Positions 10,124-20,671 of a stretch of DNA of 64,000 nucleotides are shown piece by piece. The stretch is from positions 58,555 through 122,554 of the forward strand of contig DYFC01000054.1 of NCBI GenBank assembly GCA_020725385.1, written 5' to 3'. The position numbers were made by a program, and so were the translations under genes. A model generated the notes under the pieces. The model had not been told where the DNA came from, searched no databases, and was given only the letters and a program-made list of their open reading frames with translations. The first letter of the stretch is position 1; each line of letters opens with the position of its first letter. This stretch comes from Nitrospira japonica (GTDB taxonomy: Bacteria; Nitrospirota; Thermodesulfovibrionia; Thermodesulfovibrionales; SM23-35).

Positions 10124-11237
10124 AAATAAACTCGTCTACATGAGCCTCAAGGTTTTCATTTATCACAGGAAAATCTTTAGTGTTTTCAAAATTTTCAACA
10201 ATAGGCATAAATGTTTTTAATAGGTTCTCTTTATTGAAAGATTTTAAGAGTCTTATAAAATCTGTTACACTTCCAAAATTTTCGATAAAATCTTCTTTCG
10301 ATTCCAAACCTTCCAAAAATCCTTTTAATGTTGCTTTAAGGCAATCAATGTCAGCCCATACGATATTTCCTGTGCCATCTATTTTGTCCAGCCTCATTTG
10401 AATGGATAAATGTAGTAGAAAATAAAACAATCCAATTACAGGATTAAGATTCCCGGATTCATCGGATCCCATAAAAGGCTCATAACCACGAACTGTTGTT
10501 AATTTTACAGAAACATTATTTTTGATTTCAATTTGATTCTTTTCATCTTTCAAGTTAATTTTAGCAACAAAATCGCCTGCTGCATGGTGCCATGGATATA
10601 TTAGTCTGAAATTATTTACGTCGTAATATAAGGTAAGTATCATAGCTGATTGGCGATAAAGCTCATAAGATTGTTCGTTAGAAAGGAGGCTTTCGCCTTT
10701 GCCATACTCCCAGAATTTCACTTTGCTCTTGCCGTCTTTTATTTCAGAGATGTGAAATTCATGATAATCTTCAAACCACTCTTCAACAAGAAAAACCATA
10801 GCATCATTTTCATCGAGGGAATAAGGTTCAGGAATATATTTAAAATTAAATTTGTTAAGCAGCATTTCAAGAATTGCAAATTCTTTTTTAAGAGAATCTT
10901 TTCCTGTTTCTGTTATCGCGACGTTAAGGCCGAATTTAATTCTATTTTCATTAAAAAAAATTTCCAGGCTTGCTGGGTGATAAAGAGCACCATGTTTTTC
11001 GGTTCTCACAATAATTTTCTGAATCTCATTTAGTTTTATTTCGGTGCGGACCGCTTTATTTATTGAAGAGATGATAGAAGAATATTTGTTTTTTAAAAGG
11101 AAATTCTTAATTGAATCGAAGTATGTTTTGTATGAAGTTTTTAACGGGTCTCCTTCCAACGGGAAATCAAGTTTTTTTTCGTCAATCGGAATATCTCCGG
11201 CTGGAGATGCAACAAGGAACTTTATTTCAGGAATCAT
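10098..11237 (-). CDS. Conserved hypothetical protein, possibly kinase-like fold
   Basis: 379-aa ORF coupled (ATGA) to the upstream HEAT gene; motifs EKHGALYHPAS and IYPWHHAAGDFV. The fold assignment is inference. Confidence 0.6.
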   Translation of the reverse strand: MIPEIKFLVASPAGDIPIDEKKLDFPLEGDPLKTSYKTYFDSIKNFLLKNKYSSIISSINKAVRTEIKLNEIQKIIVRTEKHGALYHPASLEIFFNENRIKFGLNVAITETGKDSLKKEFAILEMLLNKFNFKYIPEPYSLDENDAMVFLVEEWFEDYHEFHISEIKDGKSKVKFWEYGKGESLLSNEQSYELYRQSAMILTLYYDVNNFRLIYPWHHAAGDFVAKINLKDEKNQIEIKNNVSVKLTTVRGYEPFMGSDESGNLNPVIGLFYFLLHLSIQMRLDKIDGTGNIVWADIDCLKATLKGFLEGLESKEDFIENFGSVTDFIRLLKSFNKENLLKTFMPIVENFENTKDFPVINENLEAHVDEFIFTLETFLQ

Positions 11238-12310
11238 TGTCTTGATATTTTCGAAATAGCTTCTTTCACTATCCCGGAAATTGTTGTTTCCTGAAGGCTT
11301 CCATTGTGCCAGATGGAGACACTTGTTTGATCATCTTCAAGATTTCTTAATTTATCAATAACATCATTAAATCCTATGTTTCCAAGTGCCCAAGCAGCAT
11401 AACCACGAACAGCAGGATCTTCGTCATCAAGAAAGGAAGTTAGAGCGCGAAAGGAGTATTTTACAAGCCCTGGTTCAACTTCGGCAATTTTACCGATAGC
11501 CCACGAAACCTGTTTTCTGAAGTTTTTTTGTACTAAGAATGACAAAAGTGGCTTGGTGAATTCACCGAACATATCTGGAAGATTGCTTATAATTGAACCA
11601 ATTGTTTCCAATGCACCCCATGCAGATGCTCCGGGATAAGCTGCGCTTTGAAGAAGGTTATTTATAAATTTATTTACAATATCGGGTTTTTTTTTAGCAA
11701 CATTTTTACAGATAAATCCAAGAATGTTTATAATCTTCCAGCGAAGATTTTCATCAGGAGTATAAAGCATTTTTTGTAATTCTTTTATTACACGACTATC
11801 TTCTTTTGCAAGACTCGCGAGTTCTTCTAAACTGTTTTTTCTGACGTATTCCTGAACTTTTTCTTTTGAGAAATTTTCTGAACGCAGACTTGTTTTAGGC
11901 ATGGGCTGCAAAATTTTTGTTTTTTCTTTAATTTTTTCTTCTGTTGTTTCACGAAATTCATCGTGAAGTCTTACAAAAACAAGAGCACCTCTGACATAAC
12001 GGTCGTGATAGAATTTTTCCGGGATTACCTTGTGAGTTGTAATATCATAATTGCCTATGACCGCATCATCATAATCCTGACCGTATGACAGTGAAAATGC
12101 AAAATAATCATCGTCATTGCATGCAAATAATAAAGCTTCGATAAAAGCAGAACCCATATTATGGCCGGTAATATCGAATGCATATACCGCGCTGCAATGC
12201 TCGCAGACGCCAAGAGGGTATTCAAGTATTTTTCTACCAAGTTGTTCTTTCGGTGGTTCTAAAGTATGGTAGCAGAAAGGACATCTTAATTCTTCCGGAG
12301 TTGCTTTCAT
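11234..12310 (-). CDS. Zn-ribbon plus HEAT-repeat protein (DVU0298-like)
   Basis: N-terminal CPFC...CEHC; C-terminal HEAT repeats (LYTPDENLRW, SWAIGKI, DEDPAVRGYAAWALGNIG). Confidence 0.7.
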   Translation of the reverse strand: MKATPEELRCPFCYHTLEPPKEQLGRKILEYPLGVCEHCSAVYAFDITGHNMGSAFIEALLFACNDDDYFAFSLSYGQDYDDAVIGNYDITTHKVIPEKFYHDRYVRGALVFVRLHDEFRETTEEKIKEKTKILQPMPKTSLRSENFSKEKVQEYVRKNSLEELASLAKEDSRVIKELQKMLYTPDENLRWKIINILGFICKNVAKKKPDIVNKFINNLLQSAAYPGASAWGALETIGSIISNLPDMFGEFTKPLLSFLVQKNFRKQVSWAIGKIAEVEPGLVKYSFRALTSFLDDEDPAVRGYAAWALGNIGFNDVIDKLRNLEDDQTSVSIWHNGSLQETTISGIVKEAISKISRQ

Positions 12311-12497
12311 TATTCTTTCCTCAGTATAATATTAGACTTTTTGCTCCTTATATTATATTCTATAGAGCTAAAAATTTTCTTACCCAACCGGAATGAATTT
12401 ATGTAATCTATCAAATATATTCTTGACTTTTATTAAAAAGCATAGATATTGTAAATCTTTGAAGAGAAATAATTTAGAATCAGGGAAAGGAGAATAG

Positions 12498-12740
12498 ATG
12501 CCGATTTACGAATTCAAATGTTTAAAATGTGGACACATATTTGAACTTTTAAAATTAAAGAAAGACAGTGAAAAAGCTTCAATGAAGTGCCCCGAGTGTA
12601 ATGCGGAAGAGATTGAAAGAGTATTAAGTGTTGTAAGCTATGTAAAAGCACCCGAGGGTAGAAAAACAAAAAGGACAATGAAAAGCTGCGGTAGTGGTAC
12701 CTGTGCTACTTTTGAAGTGCCGGGACCAAGCCGGAGATGA
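12498..12740 (+). CDS. FmdB-family zinc-ribbon protein
   Basis: [16 protein letters not shown]...CPEC..IERVLS signature; ATGA-coupled to dsrN. Confidence 0.88.
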   Translation: MPIYEFKCLKCGHIFELLKLKKDSEKASMKCPECNAEEIERVLSVVSYVKAPEGRKTKRTMKSCGSGTCATFEVPGPSRR

Positions 12741-14134
12741 TAAGTTCTCCACGAATTATAATTGCTGGACTTGGAGGGGATACAGGAAAGACAGCAATCA
12801 GCGTTGGCTTATGCCATTACTGGCAGAAAAAAGGTATCAAGGTTATTCCATTTAAAAAAGGACCTGATTATATTGATATGGGATGGCTTGAGAGGGCAGC
12901 AAGACATCCTTGTTATAATCTTGACCTTTTTATGATGAATAAAGAACAGGTACTCACTTCATTTGCTATACATTCAGCAGAAGCTAATGGTATCGCAGTC
13001 ATAGAAGGTAATAGAGGTCTTTACGATGGAATGGATATAGAAGGCAGTGTAAGTACTGCCGAGGTTGCAAAATTAATCAAATCTCCTGTTATTTTAATAG
13101 TTGACTGTACAAAGGTAACCCGAACGGTTTCAGCTATTGTATTTGGATGTCAGATGTTTGATAAGGATGTTTCAATAAAGGGGGTAATTCTTAACAAACT
13201 TGCCACTTCAAGGCATGAAGATATAATTAAGAAAAGTATTGAATATTATTGTAAAATACCTGTTATAGGAGGAATTCCAAAATTAAAAGATGTTACTTTT
13301 CCAGGGAGGCATCTTGGATTGGTTCCGCCACAGGAACACCCGCAGGCTGAAGAAGCTATTGAAACATCATCTGACATAGTTTCAAAGTATTTAGACATCG
13401 ATTTAATACTCGATATTGCTAAAGATTCACCTTCAATAGATTTTACTCCGAAAGAACAAATTGAACCAATAAAAAAGAAAGCAAGAATAGGCATTATAAA
13501 AGATTCTGCTTTTCAGTTTTATTATCCCGAGAATATAAATTCCTTAAGGATTGAAGGAGCTGAAATTGTTGAATTCAGTGCTTTGAGAGATAGACTTCCA
13601 TCTGAATTGGATGCTCTTTATATAGGTGGTGGCTTCCCGGAGACACATGCCGAACAATTAGCAGAAAATAAAGAATTAAGAAGATCAATAAGAGAAGCCG
13701 CTTTTCAAGGATTACCTATATATGCAGAATGTGGCGGTTTAATGTACCTCTGTGAAGAACTTATCTGGAATGAAAAGCATTATCCTATGGCAGGCGTATT
13801 CCCTATAACCATCGGGGTTAGCAAAAAACCGCAGGGACATGGTTATGCCGAAGTTCTTGTGACAGGGAGAAATCCATTTTTTAGAACCGGAAGTATTTTG
13901 AGGGGACATGAATTCCATTATTCATATGTTCTGGAAATAAAAGATGAAAAGGTTTTTTCTTTTGTATTTAAATTAAATAAAGGCAACGGAGTTGTTAAAG
14001 GCTTTGATGGTTTATACAGGGAAAAAACACTCGCAACCTATGTGCATTTACATTCCTACGGAACTTCTGAATGGGCAAAAGGCTTGGTAACTGCGGGTGA
14101 AAATAATAGAAAAAAAAATATTATCAGTAAATAA
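12737..14134 (+). CDS. dsrN: Siroheme amidase DsrN (CobB/CbiA family)
   Basis: [53 protein letters not shown]; dsr gene context. Confidence 0.9.
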   Translation: MISSPRIIIAGLGGDTGKTAISVGLCHYWQKKGIKVIPFKKGPDYIDMGWLERAARHPCYNLDLFMMNKEQVLTSFAIHSAEANGIAVIEGNRGLYDGMDIEGSVSTAEVAKLIKSPVILIVDCTKVTRTVSAIVFGCQMFDKDVSIKGVILNKLATSRHEDIIKKSIEYYCKIPVIGGIPKLKDVTFPGRHLGLVPPQEHPQAEEAIETSSDIVSKYLDIDLILDIAKDSPSIDFTPKEQIEPIKKKARIGIIKDSAFQFYYPENINSLRIEGAEIVEFSALRDRLPSELDALYIGGGFPETHAEQLAENKELRRSIREAAFQGLPIYAECGGLMYLCEELIWNEKHYPMAGVFPITIGVSKKPQGHGYAEVLVTGRNPFFRTGSILRGHEFHYSYVLEIKDEKVFSFVFKLNKGNGVVKGFDGLYREKTLATYVHLHSYGTSEWAKGLVTAGENNRKKNIISK

Positions 14135-14311
14135 AATTTTTTTATTTGACCATCTGTATGTCTTTGTATTAAGTTGTATAACCCATTCAAAAGGAAATCA
14201 TTATTATATTTTATTCTATTGAAAGACATAAGAATTATGTGTTAAGATACTCGGGCTGAAAATCAGGCATATTTTTCAACAAAATAAACCAAAGTAAAAG
14301 GAGGAACAAAA

Positions 14312-14647
14312 ATGCCGTATTTAGAATTTGAAGGACAGCAGTATGAGGTTGATGAGGATGGCTATCTTGTTGACTGGCAGGCATGGAAAGAAGGAATGGC
14401 TCAGGTTATGGCAGCTCAGGATGGCATAACACTCGGGAATGAACACTGGGAAATTATTAAATTTCTAAGAGAGTATTTCATCAAATTCCAGATTGCTCCG
14501 ATGATTAAGATCCTTGTCAAAGAGATTGGTAAAGCTTTTGGTCCGGAAAAAGGCAACACAAAATATCTTTATGAGTTATTCCCGGGCGGACCTGCAAAAC
14601 AGGCTTGTAGGTATGCCGGACTTCCTAAACCAACAGGTTGTGTATAG
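14312..14647 (+). CDS. dsrC: DsrC sulfur carrier
   Basis: C-terminal PAKQACRYAGLPKPTGCV carries both conserved cysteines (C-x10-C). Confidence 0.97.
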   Translation: MPYLEFEGQQYEVDEDGYLVDWQAWKEGMAQVMAAQDGITLGNEHWEIIKFLREYFIKFQIAPMIKILVKEIGKAFGPEKGNTKYLYELFPGGPAKQACRYAGLPKPTGCV

Positions 14648-14657
14648 TTAGTATATT

Positions 14658-14699
14658 TGAAGAGCAGGAAGTTGAAATTTCCTTGCCTCCTGCTCTTCA
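14658..14699 (+). terminator. Stem-loop after dsrC
   Basis: tgaagagcagga...tcctgctcttca, 12-bp inverted repeat. Confidence 0.55.
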
Positions 14700-14779
14700 T
14701 GTTTAAGATTTCTGAAAACACAATTCTTTCTTCGTTTTTACTATAACTGTAATGGCAAAAGGAGAAGTATAGACGGGAT

Positions 14780-15343
14780 ATGGGTTTTAAAGAAATTCTC
14801 TCAGAAAAAAAGCCTCTAATCGTTGAAAAATGGCTTGATGCTATTTTAAATAATTATCCTGCCGATGCTTCTAAGTTTTTTAAGAAGCAGAAAGATGGTT
14901 TCCGGAATCCTGTGGGCTATACTATTTCGACAAGCATTAAAGGTCTTTTTGATGAGATAATTGAAGACCCTGAATCAGAAAAAATATATCCTTATCTTGA
15001 TGATATTATGAAAATTAAGGCAGTTCAGGATTTCTCTCCTTCAAAAGCAGTCCAATTTATCTATCTTTTAAAGAAAATTATAAGAATAGAGCTCGACAAT
15101 GAAATCACACAAAAAAATCTCTCAAATGATTTGAAAATATTCGAAGACCAATTGGATAAACTTGCTCTTCTTGCCTTTGATATTTATATGCTTTGCAGGG
15201 AGAGAATTTTTGAAATCAGAGTAAAAGAACTTAAGAATATGTCATACAGACTTTTAAAAAGAGCAAATCTTGTCCGGGAATTAGAGGAACAAGAGTCTAA
15301 CTTTGCAGCTGAAACAGTATTAACTCAAAACATAAAGGGGTAA
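14780..15343 (+). CDS. dsrT: DsrT (RsbRD_N domain)
   Basis: FRNPVGYTI, IKAVQDFSPSKAV, AFDIYMLCRERIFEIR; immediately upstream of dsrM. Confidence 0.9.
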   Translation: MGFKEILSEKKPLIVEKWLDAILNNYPADASKFFKKQKDGFRNPVGYTISTSIKGLFDEIIEDPESEKIYPYLDDIMKIKAVQDFSPSKAVQFIYLLKKIIRIELDNEITQKNLSNDLKIFEDQLDKLALLAFDIYMLCRERIFEIRVKELKNMSYRLLKRANLVRELEEQESNFAAETVLTQNIKG

Positions 15344-15347
15344 GATT

Positions 15348-16340
15348 ATGGGAATTATATTTTCATTCTTCGCAGTTATTGCGCTAATTGTTATTGTGTT
15401 TATTGGCGTGCAGGGCGCCAATCTTCATTACCTGTTTGGCGTTGTTATTCCCTATGCAGCTTTCTTTATTTTTTTACTCGGTGTTATTTATCGTGTTTTG
15501 CAGTGGGGGCGTATCCCTGTTCCATTCAGAATACCTACAACCGCCGGACAGCAAAAGAGTCATCCATGGATTAAAACCAATCCAATTGACAACCCCTTTA
15601 CTGCAACAGGTGTTTTTATAAGAATGGCTTTTGAGGTTCTTTTGTTCCGTTCGCTTTTCCGGAATACTAAAGCAGAACTCAGAGACGGTCCTATTCTTTC
15701 ATATGGCTCAACAAAATGGTTATGGCTTGGCGGACTTGCATTTCACTATACTTTTCTAATTATTCTTACAAGACATCTTAGATTTTTCTTTGAACCGATT
15801 CCCGGCGTAATAAAAATAATAGAATCTCTTGATGGTTTCTTCCAGGTAGGTGCACCTGTACTTTATCTAACCGATTTGATATTTATCGCTGCTGTAACAT
15901 TTCTCTTTTTAAGAAGAGTGGTAATTCCACAAGTCAGATATATCTCTCTTGCGCAGGATTATTTCCCGTTATTCCTTATCTTTTCAATAGGTCTTACAGG
16001 TGTATTAATGAGATATTTTCTTAAAACAGATGTTGTTGGAATAAAAGAATTGACAATGGGTCTCGTGACATTCAAACCTGTAGTTCCAAAAGATATTAAT
16101 ATAATTTTTTATATACATCTTTTTCTTGTAAGTACCCTTTTTATATATTTCCCCATGAGTAAATTAATGCACATGGCAGGAGTTTTTCTTAGTCCAACAA
16201 GAAATCTTGCAAACAATAACCGGGCAGAAATGCATGTCAATCCATGGAATTATCCAGTTAAAGTTCACACATATGAAGAATATGAAAATGATTTCAGAGA
16301 TAAAATGAAAGCAGCTGGATTACCGGTAGAAAAGGAGTAA
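15348..16340 (+). CDS. dsrM: DsrM membrane cytochrome b
   Basis: PFRIPTTAGQQ, FHY..., HLR, HLFLV..FPMSKLMH, SPTRNLAN; multiple transmembrane helices. Confidence 0.96.
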   Translation: MGIIFSFFAVIALIVIVFIGVQGANLHYLFGVVIPYAAFFIFLLGVIYRVLQWGRIPVPFRIPTTAGQQKSHPWIKTNPIDNPFTATGVFIRMAFEVLLFRSLFRNTKAELRDGPILSYGSTKWLWLGGLAFHYTFLIILTRHLRFFFEPIPGVIKIIESLDGFFQVGAPVLYLTDLIFIAAVTFLFLRRVVIPQVRYISLAQDYFPLFLIFSIGLTGVLMRYFLKTDVVGIKELTMGLVTFKPVVPKDINIIFYIHLFLVSTLFIYFPMSKLMHMAGVFLSPTRNLANNNRAEMHVNPWNYPVKVHTYEEYENDFRDKMKAAGLPVEKE

Positions 16341-16342
16341 AT

Positions 16343-17947
16343 ATGGCAAATCCAAAACCAGAAGAACTTGCAAAGATTGATTACCAGCCTCCAAAAACAG
16401 GATGGATGGATACACCGACTGTTTTCAAGCCCGGTATCTTTCCATATGCATGCAAACCAAAGTCCCTTGAAACTGTCGGGTTCCCCAATCCCAGGCAATG
16501 GTCAGTAAAGGATGAAGACTGGAAGCTTCCTCCAAACTGGCAGGAAATATTCATTGAAGGACTTAGAGAAAGGGTAAGCAAATACCGCTCTTTCAGGCTT
16601 TTTCTCGATATTTGTGTAAGATGCGGTGCATGCGCAGACAAATGTCACTTTTTCATCGGCGGTGGCGACCCCAAAAACATGCCTGTATTAAGGGGTGAAC
16701 TCTTAAGATCAGTCTATAGAAAATATTGCACCACTACAGGCAGAATTATGGGTAAAATAGCCGGTGCAAGAGACCTTACTACAGATGTACTCAAAGAAAT
16801 ATGGTATTACGCATTTCAATGTACCGAATGCAGACGTTGCTCTCTTTTCTGTCCATATGGTATTGACACTGCTGAAATTACTATACTCGCAAGAGAACTG
16901 CTTAATCTCTTAGGTTTAAATATTGAATGGATCGCTGGTCCTGTTGCAAATTGCTGGCTTACAGGTAATCATTTAGGACTCCAACCTCATACAATTAAAG
17001 ATGCATTTGATATGTTTTGCGATGATATAGAAACAATAACCGGAATTAGGGTAACTCCTACATTTAATCGTAAGGGTGCAGAAATACTTTTTGTAATCCC
17101 TTCAGGAAGTATGTTTGCTGACCCAGGGACTTTTACATGTATGGGAGAATTGTTACTACTGCATGAACTTGGATTAGATTATACATGGAGTACTTTTGCA
17201 TCAGAAGGCGGAGATTTTGGTTTCTTTACAACAAATGAGATGGCAAAAAGACTTCATGCAAAGATTTATGAGGAGGCAAAAAGACTAAAAGTTAAGTGGA
17301 TTATGGGTGGTGAATGTGGCCATATGTGGAGAGTTTGGCACCAATATCATAATACATGGTATGGTCCTGTAGATTTTCTCGAGGAGCCGGTCTCTCCGAT
17401 TACTGGAACTAAATTTGAGAATGCAAAATCAAATAAAACAATACATATATGTGAATTTACTGCAGATTTAATAAAACATGGTAAACTAAATTTTGATAAA
17501 AGTAGAAATGACAATTTAATAGTAACATTCCATGATTCATGCAATGTATCAAGAGGAATGGGAATGTTTGAAGAACCGAGATATATTATTCAAAATGTGT
17601 GCAATAATTTCTATGAAATGCCTCCTCAAACAATACGCGAACAAACGTTCTGTTGCGGAAGCGGTGCTGGATTAAATGCCTCGGAAAATATGGAGAGCAG
17701 ATTAAGAGGAGGTTTACCAAGAGCAAATGCTGTTAAATATGTTGCAAAAAAATACGGGGTAAACATGCTTGCATGCATCTGTGCTATTGACAGAGCTGCA
17801 CTTCCTCCTCTTATGGATTACTGGGTGCCGGGAGTTCGTGTTACAGGTGTTCATGAGATGGTTGCAAATGCATTAATTTGTAAAGGAGAGAAGAAGCGAA
17901 CGACGAATTTACGCGGTGAGCCACTCCCGGGAATGGAGGGTGAATAA
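16343..17947 (+). CDS. dsrK: DsrK (HdrD-like Fe-S protein)
   Basis: CVRCGACADKC, CTECRRCSLFCP, GECGH, HDSCN, CCGSG (CCG domain). Confidence 0.96.
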   Translation: MANPKPEELAKIDYQPPKTGWMDTPTVFKPGIFPYACKPKSLETVGFPNPRQWSVKDEDWKLPPNWQEIFIEGLRERVSKYRSFRLFLDICVRCGACADKCHFFIGGGDPKNMPVLRGELLRSVYRKYCTTTGRIMGKIAGARDLTTDVLKEIWYYAFQCTECRRCSLFCPYGIDTAEITILARELLNLLGLNIEWIAGPVANCWLTGNHLGLQPHTIKDAFDMFCDDIETITGIRVTPTFNRKGAEILFVIPSGSMFADPGTFTCMGELLLLHELGLDYTWSTFASEGGDFGFFTTNEMAKRLHAKIYEEAKRLKVKWIMGGECGHMWRVWHQYHNTWYGPVDFLEEPVSPITGTKFENAKSNKTIHICEFTADLIKHGKLNFDKSRNDNLIVTFHDSCNVSRGMGMFEEPRYIIQNVCNNFYEMPPQTIREQTFCCGSGAGLNASENMESRLRGGLPRANAVKYVAKKYGVNMLACICAIDRAALPPLMDYWVPGVRVTGVHEMVANALICKGEKKRTTNLRGEPLPGMEGE

Positions 17948-17948
17948 G

Positions 17949-18353
17949 ATGTATAACGGTGGAAAAATAATCATAGGTCTGATTATTTTTGTCGGGCTAA
18001 TAGCTTTACCCTTTGTGTTTAGCGGTAAAGGTGCCTCCGCAAAACCTGAACCAAAGCTTGACACTCCCGAAATACTCAAACTGCCTGAAACAGAAAGAAA
18101 GTGTGTTGAATCAAAAGAATATATGAAAAGAGAACATATGAAATTACTTAATGAGTGGAGGGACTGGGTGGTTCGTGATGGGCTGACAATATATACATCT
18201 TCCAGCGGAAAACAATATACAATGAGCCTTCAGAATACATGTATGAAATGCCACTCTAATAAAACAAAATTCTGTGATGAATGTCATAATTATACGGCGG
18301 TTAAACCATATTGCTGGGATTGCCACATTAAGCCGAAGGAAAAGGAGTTATAA
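17949..18353 (+). CDS. dsrJ: DsrJ triheme cytochrome c
   Basis: Three CxxCH motifs (CMKCH, CDECH, CWDCH) and an N-terminal TM. The ATG at 17949 is preferred to the track start at 17916. Confidence 0.95.
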   Translation: MYNGGKIIIGLIIFVGLIALPFVFSGKGASAKPEPKLDTPEILKLPETERKCVESKEYMKREHMKLLNEWRDWVVRDGLTIYTSSSGKQYTMSLQNTCMKCHSNKTKFCDECHNYTAVKPYCWDCHIKPKEKEL

Positions 18354-18355
18354 TT

Positions 18356-19144
18356 ATGGACAGAAGAGAATTTATAAAAATAGCCGGAATTTCATCCATC
18401 TTCGGATTGGGAGGCTTAACCGCTTTCGGAACATTGAAGGGAAAATTAGAAGCCTCGCAAACAGGTCCATCTCAGAACCCTCAAGCACTTAAAGCTAAAA
18501 GATGGGCACTTGTAATTGATACAACAAAATTCAAGACAGAAGAAGATTTTAAAAGATGTATTGATGCTTGCCACAAAGCTCATAACGTCCCACACATTAC
18601 GGATAATATAAAACATGAAATCAAATGGATGTGGACCGATACATATGAGCATGTATTTCCGGGCGTAGAGGATGAATATCTTGCAGAAAAAGTTAAAGAA
18701 ATGCCGATGCTCGTTTTATGCAATCATTGCGATAACCCTGCATGCGTTAGGGTTTGTCCTACAAAAGCAACTTTTAAAAGAAAAAGCGATGGAATTGTTA
18801 TGATGGATATGCATCGTTGTATCGGTTGTAGGTTCTGCATGGCAGCATGTCCTTATGGTGCAAGGAGCTTTAATTATAAAGACCCGAGACCATATATGAA
18901 AGAAGAAGACATGAATCCTGAATTTCCTACAAGAATGAAAGGTGTTGTGGAAAAATGCACATTCTGTTACGAGAGACTTGCTAAAGGGCTTATGCCTGCA
19001 TGTGTCGAGGCATCCAATGGTGCATTAATATTTGGTGATTTGGAAGACCCGAATTCCGAAGTCAGGAAGATCCTGAGCGAAAGACATAGTTATAGACGCA
19101 GACCTGAACTTGGAACACGGCCCAGTGTTTATTATTTATTTTAG
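18356..19144 (+). CDS. dsrO: DsrO Fe-S protein
   Basis: Tat signal MDRREFIK; CNHCDNPACVRVCP, CIGCRFCMAACP, KCTFC. Confidence 0.95.
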   Translation: MDRREFIKIAGISSIFGLGGLTAFGTLKGKLEASQTGPSQNPQALKAKRWALVIDTTKFKTEEDFKRCIDACHKAHNVPHITDNIKHEIKWMWTDTYEHVFPGVEDEYLAEKVKEMPMLVLCNHCDNPACVRVCPTKATFKRKSDGIVMMDMHRCIGCRFCMAACPYGARSFNYKDPRPYMKEEDMNPEFPTRMKGVVEKCTFCYERLAKGLMPACVEASNGALIFGDLEDPNSEVRKILSERHSYRRRPELGTRPSVYYLF

Positions 19145-19153
19145 GAGGTTATA

Positions 19154-20341
19154 ATGCTCGAGAAAGCTATACAGGGAAGTTCAAGATACTGGGTATGGAT
19201 ATTATTTCTTTTATCCTTAATTGGTGCCGGAGTTATAGCCTATATTTACCAGTTCCAGAATGGATTAGGTGTAACAGGAATGAGCAGGGATGTATCGTGG
19301 GGACTTTACATCGGTCAGTTTACATTCCTTGTTGGTGTCGCAGCTTCCGGTGTTATGGTAGTGCTCCCTTATTATCTCCATCACTATAAGAAATTTGCCA
19401 GATTGACAATTTTGGGCGAATTTCTTGCAATTGCTGCTGTTATTATGTGTATGTTATTTATATTCGTTGATATGGGGCAACCATTACGTGTTCTGAATGT
19501 TCTCCTACATCCAACCCCGAATTCTGTCATGTTTTACGATATGTGTGTTCTTGCCGGTTACTTGATACTTAATCTTATCGTTGGTTGGACGGTTCTTGGC
19601 GCTGAAAGAAAAGATGTTCCTCCTCCAAAGTGGGTAAAACCAGTTATATACCTATCAATTGCATGGGCTCCTTCTATTCACACAGTTACAGCGTTCTTAT
19701 ACGCAGGTCTTCCGGGAAGACATTTCTGGCTTTCTGCAATTATGGCTGCGAGATTTCTTGCCTCGGCATTTGCTGGTGGCCCCGCGCTTTTAATTCTTCT
19801 TTGCCTAATTGTAAGAAAATATACAAAATTTGACCCTGGTAAGGAAGCGATTCAAGCTATCGGGAAAATTGTTACATATTGTATGTTGATCAATGTTTTC
19901 TTCCTCGGATTAGAATTCTTCACAGCTTTCTATAGTGGGATACCCGGACATATGCATTCCTTTATTTATCTTTATGCTGGGTTACACGGACATAGCCAGC
20001 TTGTTCCTGTTATGTGGATTTCATCAATACTTGCAGTAATAGCAATATTTCTTCTCATATTCCCGCAATTCAGGAAAAATGAAGGGCTTTTAGCTGTTGC
20101 CTGCGCAAGCACTTTTCTTTCATTATGGATTGACAAAGGCTTTGGGCTTGTTATCGGTGGATTTGTACCTAACCCAATGGAAAGAATTACCGAGTATTGG
20201 CCAACATTCCCTGAAACAGTTATCAGCATAGCTGTCTGGGCAGTTGGATTCCTTGTATTGACAATCCTATATAAAATTGCTGTATCTGTTAAAGAAGAAG
20301 TTGTTTTTGATAAATACGGTGAAAAACAGATTCAAGGTTAA
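19154..20341 (+). CDS. dsrP: DsrP (NrfD-family membrane protein)
   Basis: GVTGMSRDVSWGLYI, DMGQP, IHTVTAFL, ARFLASAF; about ten TMs. Confidence 0.95.
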   Translation: MLEKAIQGSSRYWVWILFLLSLIGAGVIAYIYQFQNGLGVTGMSRDVSWGLYIGQFTFLVGVAASGVMVVLPYYLHHYKKFARLTILGEFLAIAAVIMCMLFIFVDMGQPLRVLNVLLHPTPNSVMFYDMCVLAGYLILNLIVGWTVLGAERKDVPPPKWVKPVIYLSIAWAPSIHTVTAFLYAGLPGRHFWLSAIMAARFLASAFAGGPALLILLCLIVRKYTKFDPGKEAIQAIGKIVTYCMLINVFFLGLEFFTAFYSGIPGHMHSFIYLYAGLHGHSQLVPVMWISSILAVIAIFLLIFPQFRKNEGLLAVACASTFLSLWIDKGFGLVIGGFVPNPMERITEYWPTFPETVISIAVWAVGFLVLTILYKIAVSVKEEVVFDKYGEKQIQG

Positions 20342-20417
20342 AATATATTGGATTTATTGATTTGCAATAGTAAATAATAAATTATCAGGCTAATAAAACC
20401 AAGGAGGTGAAAAAGAA

Positions 20418-20606
20418 GTGGGTGTTATTCCAATAGTAGATGTAAGCAAATGTGATGGTTGTGAAGAATGTGTAAACAATTGCCCAGTAGGTGTTTTCCA
20501 GATTACAAATGGAAAATCAGACCCTTATCAGGCAGATGCATGTGAAGGTTGTGAAACATGTGTTAGTGTTTGCCCGAATGGAGCTATTACACTAAAAGAG
20601 CAGTAA
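20418..20606 (+). CDS. 2[4Fe-4S] ferredoxin
   Basis: CDGCEECVNNCP and CEGCETCVSVCP; GTG start with AGGAGG RBS. Confidence 0.92.
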   Translation: MGVIPIVDVSKCDGCEECVNNCPVGVFQITNGKSDPYQADACEGCETCVSVCPNGAITLKEQ

Positions 20607-20635
20607 TTGTTATTAAACATGTTTCAATAAAAAGC

Positions 20636-20671
20636 AAAAAGGGGATGCCCGGCAAACGGCATCCCCTTTTT
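20636..20671. terminator. Intrinsic, potentially bidirectional terminator ending dsrTMKJOP-fdx
   Basis: aaaaaggggatgcc-cggcaaac-ggcatccccttttt. Confidence 0.8.

Noticed and set aside
12737-14134. Cobalamin biosynthesis cobB/cbiA
   Set aside because: No other cob/cbi genes are nearby, and the position within the dsr cluster favours dsrN.
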